Shown: piece after piece, positions 27,216-35,613 of the stretch
Position numbering within the stretch: the stretch's first letter is position 1
Layout: the number at the start of each line of letters is the position of its first letter
The notes under the pieces: model-generated
Seen by the model: only the letters and a program-made list of their open reading frames with translations
What the model was told of the DNA's origin: nothing
Database searches by the model: none
NCBI GenBank assembly: GCA_963778655.1
Contig: CAVZVA010000012.1
Location: forward strand, 204,118 to 268,117
Length of the DNA: 64,000 nt
Origin: an uncultured delta proteobacterium
GTDB lineage: Bacteria > Myxococcota_A > Polyangia > Polyangiales > JAFGIB01
Direction of reading: 5' to 3'
Program-made: the position numbers and the translations under genes

Positions 27216-28415
27216 GTGCAGTCGCAAAGGCCCAGGCCCAGCACCGGCATCGTCCTCTCCGGTGGGGGGGCGCGAGGCGCGTACGAAGCGGGCGTGGTGA
27301 TGGGTATCATGGACGTGCTCAAGCCGAGCCAGCCGCCCTTCGACGTCTTGTGCGGCACCTCGGTGGGCGCGCTGAACGCGACCTTCCTCGCGGCCCATGC
27401 CCACATACCGGACATGAACGCGGCGGGGCTGGTCGGCCAGTGGCGTTCGCTCGACGTCACGCGCCACCTGAAGCTCGACATGCGCGGGCTGCTGGGCTGG
27501 AAGCGCCACTGGAGCAAGCGCGAGGAACGCATGCCGAGCTTGGTCGGGCGCTCGCTGCTCGACCCCCGCGCGCTCGACGAGATCGTGCAGCAGAACGTTC
27601 CCTGGGCTCAGCTGCACCGCAATGTGCTTGACGGTCGCGTGCGCTCGCTGTTGGTCTCGGCGCTCCACATCGCGACCGGACGCACCGTGACTTTCGCCGA
27701 GCTCGCTCCCGGCGCCAGCTTTACCAGCACGCGCGACCCGCGGCGTTTGCTGCGCATGGGCCCCGTCGACGCCGAGCATGTGCTCGCCTCGGCCGCGATC
27801 CCGCTGCTGTTCCCGGCGCGGCGTGTGGGCGCCGACTACTACTGCGACGGCGGCGTACGGTTCAACACTCCGATCTCGCCCGCGATCCGCTCCGGCGTCG
27901 ACCGGCTGGTGGTGGTGTCGCCACTGAGTCACGAGGGCGCCGAAGGCGATCCGACGCCGGAGGGCGATCGCGTCGACTCCTACAACAGCCCGGTGTTTCT
28001 GATCGGCAAGGTCCTCAATGCCCTGCTGCTCGACCCGTTGCACTACGACTTGCAGGTGCTCGACCGCTTCAACCGCCTGATCCAGGCACTGGAGTCCGTG
28101 CTCTCGCCCGGGGAGCTCGAAGCGGTCCAGCACGTGCTGCAAGAAGCTCGCGGCATGCCTTATCGCAAGCTCAAGACGTTGGTCTTCAGACCGACCCGCG
28201 ACGTCGGCCGGTTGGCGCGGGCGCGCGCGCGCGACCTACACGGCTCGCGCTTCTCCTCCTGGTTGCTCGCGCGCACCGCGACGCTGGGCGCGCTGTGGGA
28301 GTCGGACCTGTTGTCGTTCATCCTGTTCGACGCCGAATTCGCCTCGGACCTGATCGCGCTGGGCCACGCCGATGCGCAGGCGCGCTCGGCCGAGGTCCAG
28401 GCGTTCTTCGCCTGA
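27216..28415 (+). CDS. patatin-like phospholipase
   Basis: LSGGGARG, GTSVG, ASAAIP and DGG. Confidence 0.92.
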   Translation: MQSQRPRPSTGIVLSGGGARGAYEAGVVMGIMDVLKPSQPPFDVLCGTSVGALNATFLAAHAHIPDMNAAGLVGQWRSLDVTRHLKLDMRGLLGWKRHWSKREERMPSLVGRSLLDPRALDEIVQQNVPWAQLHRNVLDGRVRSLLVSALHIATGRTVTFAELAPGASFTSTRDPRRLLRMGPVDAEHVLASAAIPLLFPARRVGADYYCDGGVRFNTPISPAIRSGVDRLVVVSPLSHEGAEGDPTPEGDRVDSYNSPVFLIGKVLNALLLDPLHYDLQVLDRFNRLIQALESVLSPGELEAVQHVLQEARGMPYRKLKTLVFRPTRDVGRLARARARDLHGSRFSSWLLARTATLGALWESDLLSFILFDAEFASDLIALGHADAQARSAEVQAFFA

Positions 28416-28417
28416 TG

Positions 28418-28609
28418 CTAAATGACCGATCCCGATTCGGGAACGGCCATGCCGATCGGTCATTTCGCGGCGCGGCGGATGCCGCACCACCGCGAGAGGG
28501 TGAATGTGCGAGGCTTTGGCTCGCGCACAGGGAGTCGGCGCGACTCCCTGACAATCAAACGAGAAATCAGAGCTTGTGATTCGATCCCGAATCGCGAAGG
28601 CTAATTTAG
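28418..28609. mobile_element. MITE family A, copy 2
   Basis: Same length as 6603-6794 and about 93% identical. Empty site GCTAGC; its end supplies the TAA of the Sel1 gene. Confidence 0.85.
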
Positions 28610-30387
28610 CGCGCCCGGACCAGCTCCTGCAGCTCGTGGCAGGCCTTCTCGGAGCCGTGCTCGCAGGCGCGGTGGAGCAGGGCTTGCCCGCGCTCCGGAT
28701 TCTGCTCCACGCCGCGGCCCTGCGCGTACATCAGCGCGAGCGCCAGGCAGCTCTCGGCGTGCTCGTCGGAGCAGGCCTTGGCGTAGAGCTCGGCCGCGCG
28801 CTTGAGGTCGCGCGTGACGCCGCGGCCGCTCTCGAACGCCTTGGCCCACGCCGCGCAGCCCTCCCTGAGGCCGGCCTCGCACGCGTGCCGCACGCGCTCG
28901 ATCGCCTGCGGCTCGTCCTCGCCCGCCGCGAGCTGGAGCGCGCCGAGCTGCCCGCAGCCGAGCGCGTCGCCCGCGTTGCAGGCCCGCTCGTACAGCTCGC
29001 GGGCGGTCTTCTTCTTCGGCGGTCCCACCAGCCCCTGCTCCAGCACCAGTCCCAGGCGCGCGCAGCCGCGCGGCTCGTCTTGCTTGCACGCGGCGCCGTA
29101 CATCCTGGCCGCGCCGACCAGGTCCGCGGACCCGCCCTCGCCGCGCTCGAGCTGCTCGCCCAGGCGTGTGCACGACAGCGGGTCGTCGTACTGCTCGCAG
29201 CTGGTGCGGTACAACGTCGCCGCCTTGTTCAGGTCCTTGGCCACGCCCTCACCGCGCGCGTAACAGCCGGCCAGCGCGCGGCAGCCGGCGCCGAGACGCC
29301 CCTCGCACACGTGGGTGAAGATCGCGATCGCGCGCGGCAGGTCCTGGCTCGTGCCCTCGCCTCGCTCGAACATCCAGCCCAGGTTGACGCAGCCGATCAT
29401 CTCGCCGCCCCGGCACGCGCGGTTGTACAGCTCGAACGCCTGCGGTGCGCTGCGCGCCACGCCGATCCCGTCCTGATACAGGCCGCCGAGGTTGTTGCAG
29501 CCGAGCAGAACACCCCCGTCGCAGGCCTTGCGGTAGAGCTCGGCGGCGCGCGCGCCGTCCTGGCTCACCCCGCGGCCGTCCTCGTACAGCAGGCCCAGGT
29601 TCTTGCACGCGGTCAGGCGCCCCGCCTTGCAACCGCGCGCGAGCAGCAGCGCCACCGCCGCGTCGTCGGGCTTGCCGCGCGCTCTGTCTTGCAGCAGCTC
29701 CCCGAGCGCGCCGCACGCCGCTTCCTCACCGCCGTCGCAGGCGCGCTGGTAGGCGTCGGCGGCGCGCTTGGGATCGCGGCTGCCCACAGGCGCCGCGTCC
29801 AACATGCGGCCGAGCTCGGCACATGCCTTGACCGTGCCCCCGTCGCAGCTCTTCTGGTACAGCGCAGTGGCCTGCTTCGCGCTCTTCTCCACGCCCGTGC
29901 CCTGCTCGTAGAGCGCGCCCAGCGGCAGGCAGCCGAGCGCGCTCCGGGTCGAGCAGGCTCGCTGATAGAGCCGCCGCGCCTCGGCCGCGTCCTTGGTCAC
30001 GCCCTCGCCGCGCTCGTGCATCTCCCCCAGCGCCACGCAGGCGCGCGGGTCTCCGCCCGAGCACGCCTTGTCGAACAGCGTCGCGGCCTGCTTGGGGTCG
30101 GCCGCGACGCCCTCGCCGTGCTGGGTGAGCAGAGCCTGGCCGTAGCAGCCCTTGGCGTCGCCGCCGTTACACGCCAGCTTGAACAGCGTCAGCGCGTGCA
30201 GCGGCTCTCGCTCCACGCCGCTGCCGACTGCGTACAGCGTGGCCAGGTCGCGGCAGTCGGGCAGCTGGCCCTTGTTGCAGCCGTCGAGCAAGGCTTGGAT
30301 CTGGCTCGCGTCGAGCACCGCCTGGGCGCCCGCAACACCATTGTAACCTATCGAAATTACGAACAGAACCAGACCAAGCCGACGCAT
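28606..30387 (-). CDS. secreted Cys-rich Sel1-like repeat protein (Hcp-like)
   Basis: Signal peptide followed by about 15 repeats of A..LY.KAC.GG...GC..LG.LY..G.GV..D. Confidence 0.92.
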   Translation of the reverse strand: MRRLGLVLFVISIGYNGVAGAQAVLDASQIQALLDGCNKGQLPDCRDLATLYAVGSGVEREPLHALTLFKLACNGGDAKGCYGQALLTQHGEGVAADPKQAATLFDKACSGGDPRACVALGEMHERGEGVTKDAAEARRLYQRACSTRSALGCLPLGALYEQGTGVEKSAKQATALYQKSCDGGTVKACAELGRMLDAAPVGSRDPKRAADAYQRACDGGEEAACGALGELLQDRARGKPDDAAVALLLARGCKAGRLTACKNLGLLYEDGRGVSQDGARAAELYRKACDGGVLLGCNNLGGLYQDGIGVARSAPQAFELYNRACRGGEMIGCVNLGWMFERGEGTSQDLPRAIAIFTHVCEGRLGAGCRALAGCYARGEGVAKDLNKAATLYRTSCEQYDDPLSCTRLGEQLERGEGGSADLVGAARMYGAACKQDEPRGCARLGLVLEQGLVGPPKKKTARELYERACNAGDALGCGQLGALQLAAGEDEPQAIERVRHACEAGLREGCAAWAKAFESGRGVTRDLKRAAELYAKACSDEHAESCLALALMYAQGRGVEQNPERGQALLHRACEHGSEKACHELQELVRAR

Positions 30388-30604
30388 CCCCGACCTCGCC
30401 GCAAGAGCCGCCCTGCCGGCCTACTTACCGCAGCGCAGGGCCTATTCAAGTCAATCTCCGGGCGCGTCGTCCACAAACGCAGCCATGCCCGCAAGCGGCC
30501 TTGCGTTCCCCGCGCAGGCGAAGGAGGGTGAGCGCCGCGAGTCCTGGCTCGCATGAGACGATTGCCGTCACGACAGCAAGGACTGCGCTCACCAGCGGCT
30601 ATTC

Positions 30605-31312
30605 ATGCAGGTTCGCATCGGCACCAGCGGTTACCAGTACAAGTTCTGGCGCGGCCGACTGTACAGCGAGCGCTGCAAGGAGGCCGACATGCTGGCCGAG
30701 TACGCCGCCAAGCTGCCCACGGTCGAGATCAACGCCACCTTCTACCGCATGCCCAAGAGCTCGGTGGTCGAGCGCTGGGCCGCGCAGGTGCCGGACGACT
30801 TCCGCTTCGCGCTCAAGGCCTCGCGCCGCATCACCCACCAGCAGCGCCTCAAGGAGGCGGGCGACAGCGTCGGCTATCTTTACGGCGCCGCGCGCGTGCT
30901 CGGCGACAAGCTGGGCGCCGTGCTGTTCCAGTTGCCGCCCAACCTGCGCAAGGACCTGCCGCGGTTGCAGGCGTTTCTGGACACGCTGCCCGAAGGCGCG
31001 CGCGCCGCGCTCGAGTTCCGCCACGAGAGCTGGTTCGACCAGGAGGTCTACGCGCTGCTGCGCGGGCGCGACGTCGCGCTGTGCATCTCCGACGAGGGCG
31101 AGGGCGAGCGCGCCACGCCTTTCGTCGCCACCGCGGGCTTCGGCTACCTGCGCATGCGCCGCGAGCAGTACGAGGAGCAAGAGCTCGCCCAGGTGGCGCG
31201 CAGCATCACCGCCGAGCGCTGGCCGGAAGCCTATGTGTACTTCAAGCACGAGCAGGACGCGCCTGAGCTCGCGGCGCGCATGGCGCAGCAGGTTGCCGTC
31301 GCGCTCGAGTAG
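30605..31312 (+). CDS. DUF72 domain protein
   Basis: IGTSGY, TVEINATFY, F.LKA...ITH, LFQLPP, LEFRHESW and YLR. Confidence 0.9.
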   Translation: MQVRIGTSGYQYKFWRGRLYSERCKEADMLAEYAAKLPTVEINATFYRMPKSSVVERWAAQVPDDFRFALKASRRITHQQRLKEAGDSVGYLYGAARVLGDKLGAVLFQLPPNLRKDLPRLQAFLDTLPEGARAALEFRHESWFDQEVYALLRGRDVALCISDEGEGERATPFVATAGFGYLRMRREQYEEQELAQVARSITAERWPEAYVYFKHEQDAPELAARMAQQVAVALE

Positions 31313-31334
31313 GCGTTCGGCAACGCCCTCCGAA

Positions 31335-31385
31335 TTCACAGGAAGGCGGGAAGCCCAGAGGGAATTTCATTCTTCCCGTCTTCCC
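31335..31385. repeat. family C palindromic repeat
   Basis: TTCACAGGAAGGCGGGAAG ... TCTTCCCGTCTTCCC. Confidence 0.6.
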
Positions 31386-31423
31386 GGCGCATCCCGGAGA
31401 CGGCCGCCGAGGAACGGTTGCTA

Positions 31424-31588
31424 GAGCACCGAACATATTGAAACGTGTGCGAAGTCGGGGTCATGGCGGGATGCAGGGTGCGGGCGGGAGCCCGAAGGCG
31501 TAGTCCATCCTACGTCGAGCGGGGAGCGCGCGTGCCATGCGCCCGCGAGAGCCCCGAAATCGTGCGTGTTTCAAAATGTTCGGTGCTC
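31424..31588. mobile_element. MITE family B, copy 2 (inverted relative to copy 1)
   Basis: 165 bp with two mismatches to 11951-12115; flanks are TA and TG. Confidence 0.9.
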
Positions 31589-31911
31589 TGACCAGGCGGA
31601 TCGACGTCGCTGAGCGCGAGCACCAGCACCGGCTCGCTCGAGAAGTTGCGCGCGCGGTGGCCGGTGCCGCGCTCGATCACGCAGGCTTCGCCCGCCGCCA
31701 GGCGCTCGCAGCCATGGTCGAGCTGCAGCTCCAGCTCGCCCTGCAGCACGTACAGCACGTGGCTGCGCTCGCAGCGCAGCGGATCGTCGAAGCCGGGCGC
31801 GAAGCGCAGCACGGCCAGCGCGCCGTTCTGCGCGACCTTCTTCTGCTCGAGCGGATGAGTCGGGCTCTGCTGCCAGGCCAGGGCGGGGAAGGCCACGCGG
31901 GTGAACGACAT
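31510..31911 (-). CDS. cupin domain protein; C-terminal ~26 aa read through into MITE B
   Basis: RFAPGF...C..SHVLYVLQGEL...LAAGE..VI..G..H.ARN cupin pattern. Confidence 0.75.
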   Translation of the reverse strand: MSFTRVAFPALAWQQSPTHPLEQKKVAQNGALAVLRFAPGFDDPLRCERSHVLYVLQGELELQLDHGCERLAAGEACVIERGTGHRARNFSSEPVLVLALSDVDPPGQSTEHFETRTISGLSRAHGTRAPRST

Positions 31912-31991
31912 GCGCCGCAGCATAGCGCGGCGGCCCGCAACCGCGTGTATGCGGTTTGCAATCGCGCGCCTTTCGCGGCATGACTTCGCGG

Positions 31992-32984
31992 ATGTCGGAG
32001 CCCTTCGCCGCCGGAGTCGCGCTGATCACGGGAGCCAGCGGCTTCATCGGCGGCCGCCTGCGCGACTCACTGCTCGACGACGGCTACGACGTGGTGGCGC
32101 TCACGCGGGCCGGCTCCCCCGAGCCGCGGCGTGGCCGCGCCGCCGCGGTCGACTACGCGCAGCCCGAGTCGCTGGCGGCGGTGCTGGAACGCGAGCGACC
32201 CGAGCTGGTGTTCCACGTCGCGGGCGCCACCAAGGGGGTGCGCTACGAGGACTTCGAGCGCGGCAACGTGATGCCGACCCGCAACCTGCTGCAGGCGCTG
32301 CGCGAGCGACACCCGGGGCTCAGGCGTTTCGTGCACGTCTCCTCGCTCGCCGCCTACGGCCCGTCCACGCCCGAGCAGCCCCGGGAAGAGCACCACGAGC
32401 GGACGCCGGTCGAGCACTACGGCAGGAGCAAGCTGGAAGCCGAGCTGGCGGTCGAGGCCACAGGCGACGCGCTGCCGTGGACCATCATCCGGCCGCCCAC
32501 CGTCTATGGTCCCGGCGACGTCGACAACCTCGAGCTGTTCCGCCTCGCCAAGCGCCGGTTGAACGTCTTCTATGGCAATCGCGCCCGCGCGATGTCGTTC
32601 GTCTATGTCGACGACCTGGTGCGCGGCATCCGCGAGGCGGCGACGCACGAGCAGACCCGCGGCCGCGGCTACTTCCTGTGCGACGGGCGCCCCCTGACCT
32701 GGGAGCAATACCAACAGCACATCGTCGAAGCCAGCGGCAAGCGCGCGCTCGAGCTCGATCTGCCCGAGCTGTCGCTGGGCGTCGCGGCCGTGTTCGGCGA
32801 GCTCGCCACCAAGCTCGACAACAAGCCGCGCCTGTTCAATCGCACCAAGGCGATGATGGCCAAGCAGGTGTGGACCTGCCGCCACGATCGCGCGCGCCAG
32901 GACTTCGGCTATAGTCCCCAGGTCGACATCACCGAGGGCGTCCGCCGAACCCTCGACTGGTACCGCGCCCAGCGCTGGGTCTAA
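31992..32984 (+). CDS. NAD-dependent epimerase/dehydratase (extended SDR)
   Basis: ITGASGFIG, HVSSLAAYG, YGRSK and RPPTVYGPGD. Confidence 0.92.
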   Translation: MSEPFAAGVALITGASGFIGGRLRDSLLDDGYDVVALTRAGSPEPRRGRAAAVDYAQPESLAAVLERERPELVFHVAGATKGVRYEDFERGNVMPTRNLLQALRERHPGLRRFVHVSSLAAYGPSTPEQPREEHHERTPVEHYGRSKLEAELAVEATGDALPWTIIRPPTVYGPGDVDNLELFRLAKRRLNVFYGNRARAMSFVYVDDLVRGIREAATHEQTRGRGYFLCDGRPLTWEQYQQHIVEASGKRALELDLPELSLGVAAVFGELATKLDNKPRLFNRTKAMMAKQVWTCRHDRARQDFGYSPQVDITEGVRRTLDWYRAQRWV

Positions 32985-33010
32985 CCCCTCGTCCCCCTCC
33001 ACCTAGAACG

Positions 33011-33819
33011 TGGGAGCGAAGCGACCCACGCGGGAGGGTGGGCCCCGTTGGGCTTAGCCCAACGGGCGGGAGGGTCGCGTGACCCTCCCGTTACCTTGGG
33101 AGCGAAGCGACCCACGCGGGAGGGTGGGCCCCGTTGGGCTTAGCCCAACGGGCGGGAGGGTCGCGTGACCCTCCCGTTACCTTGGGAGCGAAGCGACCCA
33201 CGCGGGAGGGTGGGCCCCGTTGGGCTTAGCCCAACGGGCGGGAGGGTCGCGTGACCCTCCCGTTACAAGAGCAGCGTGACCCTCCCGTTACCTTGGGAGC
33301 GAAGCGACCCACGCGGGAGGGTGGGCCCCGTTGGGCTTAGCCCAACGGGCGGGAGGGTCGCGTGACCCTCCCGTTACCTTGGGAGCGAAGCGACCCACGC
33401 GGGAGGGTGGGCCCCGTTGGGCTTAGCCCAACGGGCGGGAGGGTCGCGTGACCCTCCCGTTACAAGAGCAGCGTGACCCTCCCGTTACCTTGGGAGCGAA
33501 GCGACCCACGCGGGAGGGTGGGCCCCGTTGGGCTTAGCCCAACGGGCGGGAGGGTCGCGTGACCCTCCCGTTACAAGAGCAGCGTGACCCTCCCGTTACC
33601 TTGGGAGCGAAGCGACCCACGCGGGAGGGTGGGCCCCGTTGGGCTTAGCCCAACGGGCGGGAGGGTCGCGTGACCCTCCCGTTACAAGAGCAGCGTGACC
33701 CTCCCGTTACCTTGGGAGCGAAGCGACCCACGCGGGAGGGTGGGCCCCGTTGGGCTTAGCCCAACGGGCGGGAGGGTCGCGTGACCCTCCCGTTACAAGA
33801 GCAGTGACCCTCCCGTTAC
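33011..33819. repeat. tandem array of 8 identical 84-bp multi-hairpin cores (REP-like family D)
   Basis: Units start at 33011, 33097, 33183, 33294, 33380, 33491, 33602 and 33713 (periods of 86 or 111 bp). The longer units add AAGAGCAGCGTGACCCTCCCGTTAC. No unique spacers. Confidence 0.95.
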
Positions 33820-35346
33820 TTAAGCTCGCTGCTGGCTCTGCTGCTGCAGGGCCTTGGTCGCGATCGCGCGCACGGTCGCGTCCTCATCCTGGGTGGCGGC
33901 CTGCAGTGCGTCGGTGAACAGGGCCGGGTCGAGCTTGGTCATGGCGCGCACCGCGTAGTAGCGCACCAGCGAGTTGTCCGAGCGGCGGTCCGCCTCGAGT
34001 CGGTCGAGCACGCGCTTGCGCACCTCCTCGGAGCCGCTGTTCTTGTACTCGCGCACCATCTGGTCGTAGGTCTCGCGGTCCGCGGCGCCCCCGGGCGGGG
34101 GGATGGAGACTCCCCCGGAGGGCGGATGCGCGCGCTCGACCGCTGCTGGCACAGCCGAGGGACGCATCGAACGGCGCGCAGCGCTCGCCCCGGAGGGTTG
34201 CTCCGGGATGCGAGGCCGGCGAATCGTGCCGGGGCTGGTGCGGAACAGCTCGTACTCCTCAATCTCGCCCAGGTCGAGCCCGGTCAGCGTTTGCTGCAGC
34301 TTGTCGCGCAGCTGTGCGCCCTCGCGCTTGGCCGCGGTCACCATCTCGCGCAAGCCTTCGGGCAGCGACTGCGTCGAGCACACCAGGCGCACGGTGGCCT
34401 GTGAGGCTGAGTCGTCGCGGTACACGCCGAGGTAGATCGCACCGCCGCCGGTCTCCTCCTTGAGCTGCTCGCTGACCTGCTCGAAGAACGAGAACGGGGT
34501 AGAGGCGAGGATCGACTCGGGCGCCTCCAGCACCAGCCCGAGGTAGGCCACGCTCTCGATCGCGTAGCCCTGGGGCATGATGTTGCTGAACTGCACACAC
34601 TCGCGCACAGCGCCGATCACCGATTCCGTGGTCAGCTTGCTCAGCTCGCGCGACCCGAAGTTGAGCAGGCCCGACGAAAGCAGCAGCGCGCGCAGATCCT
34701 CGCCGTCGAGCGTGCGGATCGGGACCACGCCCGAGCGTTCGTTGAGGTGGTTGAGCGCGTCGAGCGGCTCGACGATCAGCTTGTTGATCTCGGTGTAGTA
34801 GCGGTCCAGCGACAGGTCGCCGTGGCCTTCGGCCAAGCGCGCGTTGTCCACGAAGATCCAGCCCAGCAGGTGCTCCTTGACCAGCTCGTTGACCGCGCGC
34901 ACCGCGTTGACCTTCGCGATGCCGCTCTCGTGGTCGTTGGGCACGGTCGCCAGCACCAGCAGCGGCAGCGAGAGATCCTCGAGCACCTTGACCAGCTCCG
35001 CGACTGCCGAGCCGGTGCCGCCGCCCAGACCGCAGGTGATCAGCACGATGTCGGCGCCGGCCACGTGCTCCGCCACGCGCTCGCGGATCTTGGCCGCGTT
35101 GACGGTGATGCACTGCCGCCCGTAGGTGACGTCCGAGCCGGCGCCGTCGTGGCCGTCCACTCCGATGTAGCAGCGCTGCTCTTCCGGCAGCGCCAGCCAG
35201 CTCGCCGCAAGCGTCGACAGATCGGTCGAGGCGGTGTTGAACGCCAGCGCGCGGTAGCCGCGGCGCGCAAACTCGGCGGCCAGGTTGCCCCCGGCCTGTC
35301 CCAGGCCCACGGTCACGATCTCGAGTGCTCTTCCTGCTGATGTCAC
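33820..35346 (-). CDS. tubulin/FtsZ-superfamily GTPase (CetZ/TubZ-like) with a C-terminal HEAT-like module
   Basis: GTG 35346 after GGAGG. GLGQAGGN, FNTASTDL, DGAG, CGLGGGTGS, TVP..HE, VDN and LDGED; tail contains LVRYYAVRAM...DEDATVRAIATKAL. Confidence 0.88.
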   Translation of the reverse strand: MTSAGRALEIVTVGLGQAGGNLAAEFARRGYRALAFNTASTDLSTLAASWLALPEEQRCYIGVDGHDGAGSDVTYGRQCITVNAAKIRERVAEHVAGADIVLITCGLGGGTGSAVAELVKVLEDLSLPLLVLATVPNDHESGIAKVNAVRAVNELVKEHLLGWIFVDNARLAEGHGDLSLDRYYTEINKLIVEPLDALNHLNERSGVVPIRTLDGEDLRALLLSSGLLNFGSRELSKLTTESVIGAVRECVQFSNIMPQGYAIESVAYLGLVLEAPESILASTPFSFFEQVSEQLKEETGGGAIYLGVYRDDSASQATVRLVCSTQSLPEGLREMVTAAKREGAQLRDKLQQTLTGLDLGEIEEYELFRTSPGTIRRPRIPEQPSGASAARRSMRPSAVPAAVERAHPPSGGVSIPPPGGAADRETYDQMVREYKNSGSEEVRKRVLDRLEADRRSDNSLVRYYAVRAMTKLDPALFTDALQAATQDEDATVRAIATKALQQQSQQRA

Positions 35347-35532
35347 GAGGTGCCTCCCAATCCGAAGCGGACGGTCAATATAGATCGCGTGCCGTTGGGG
35401 GTCTACCGCTCCGTAGCGTGCAAGCACGTGCGCCTGTCCCCTTCCGGGGAGGGTCCCAGTAGTCCGCGCGCGCGAATGGTGGGTGAAGGCGGGAGGGTCG
35501 CCCCGGCTCGCTCGCGCTCGGGCTCAAGAAGA

Positions 35533-35584
35533 CTCACGGGAAGACGGGAAGTGCACGGGGAAGTTGCTTCTTCCCGCCTTCCCC
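35533..35584. repeat. family C palindromic repeat
   Basis: CTCACGGGAAGACGGGAAG ... CTTCTTCCCGCCTTCCCC. Confidence 0.6.
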
Positions 35585-35613
35585 TTGTCCGGCCGCTCCG
35601 GCAGGCGGTCGAC

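Noticed and set aside
33011..33819. CRISPR array
   Set aside because: Units are 84-111 bp and identical with no unique spacers, no leader and no cas genes; related copies are dispersed elsewhere.
33011..35346. Complete TubZRC plasmid or phage partition system
   Set aside because: No tubR-like small DNA-binding gene, no replication or phage genes, and the context is chromosomal housekeeping. Kept only as a weak alternative.
33820..35346. Calling this gene ftsZ
   Set aside because: Loop motifs are tubulin/CetZ-like, the FtsZ C-terminal peptide is absent and there are no division genes nearby.
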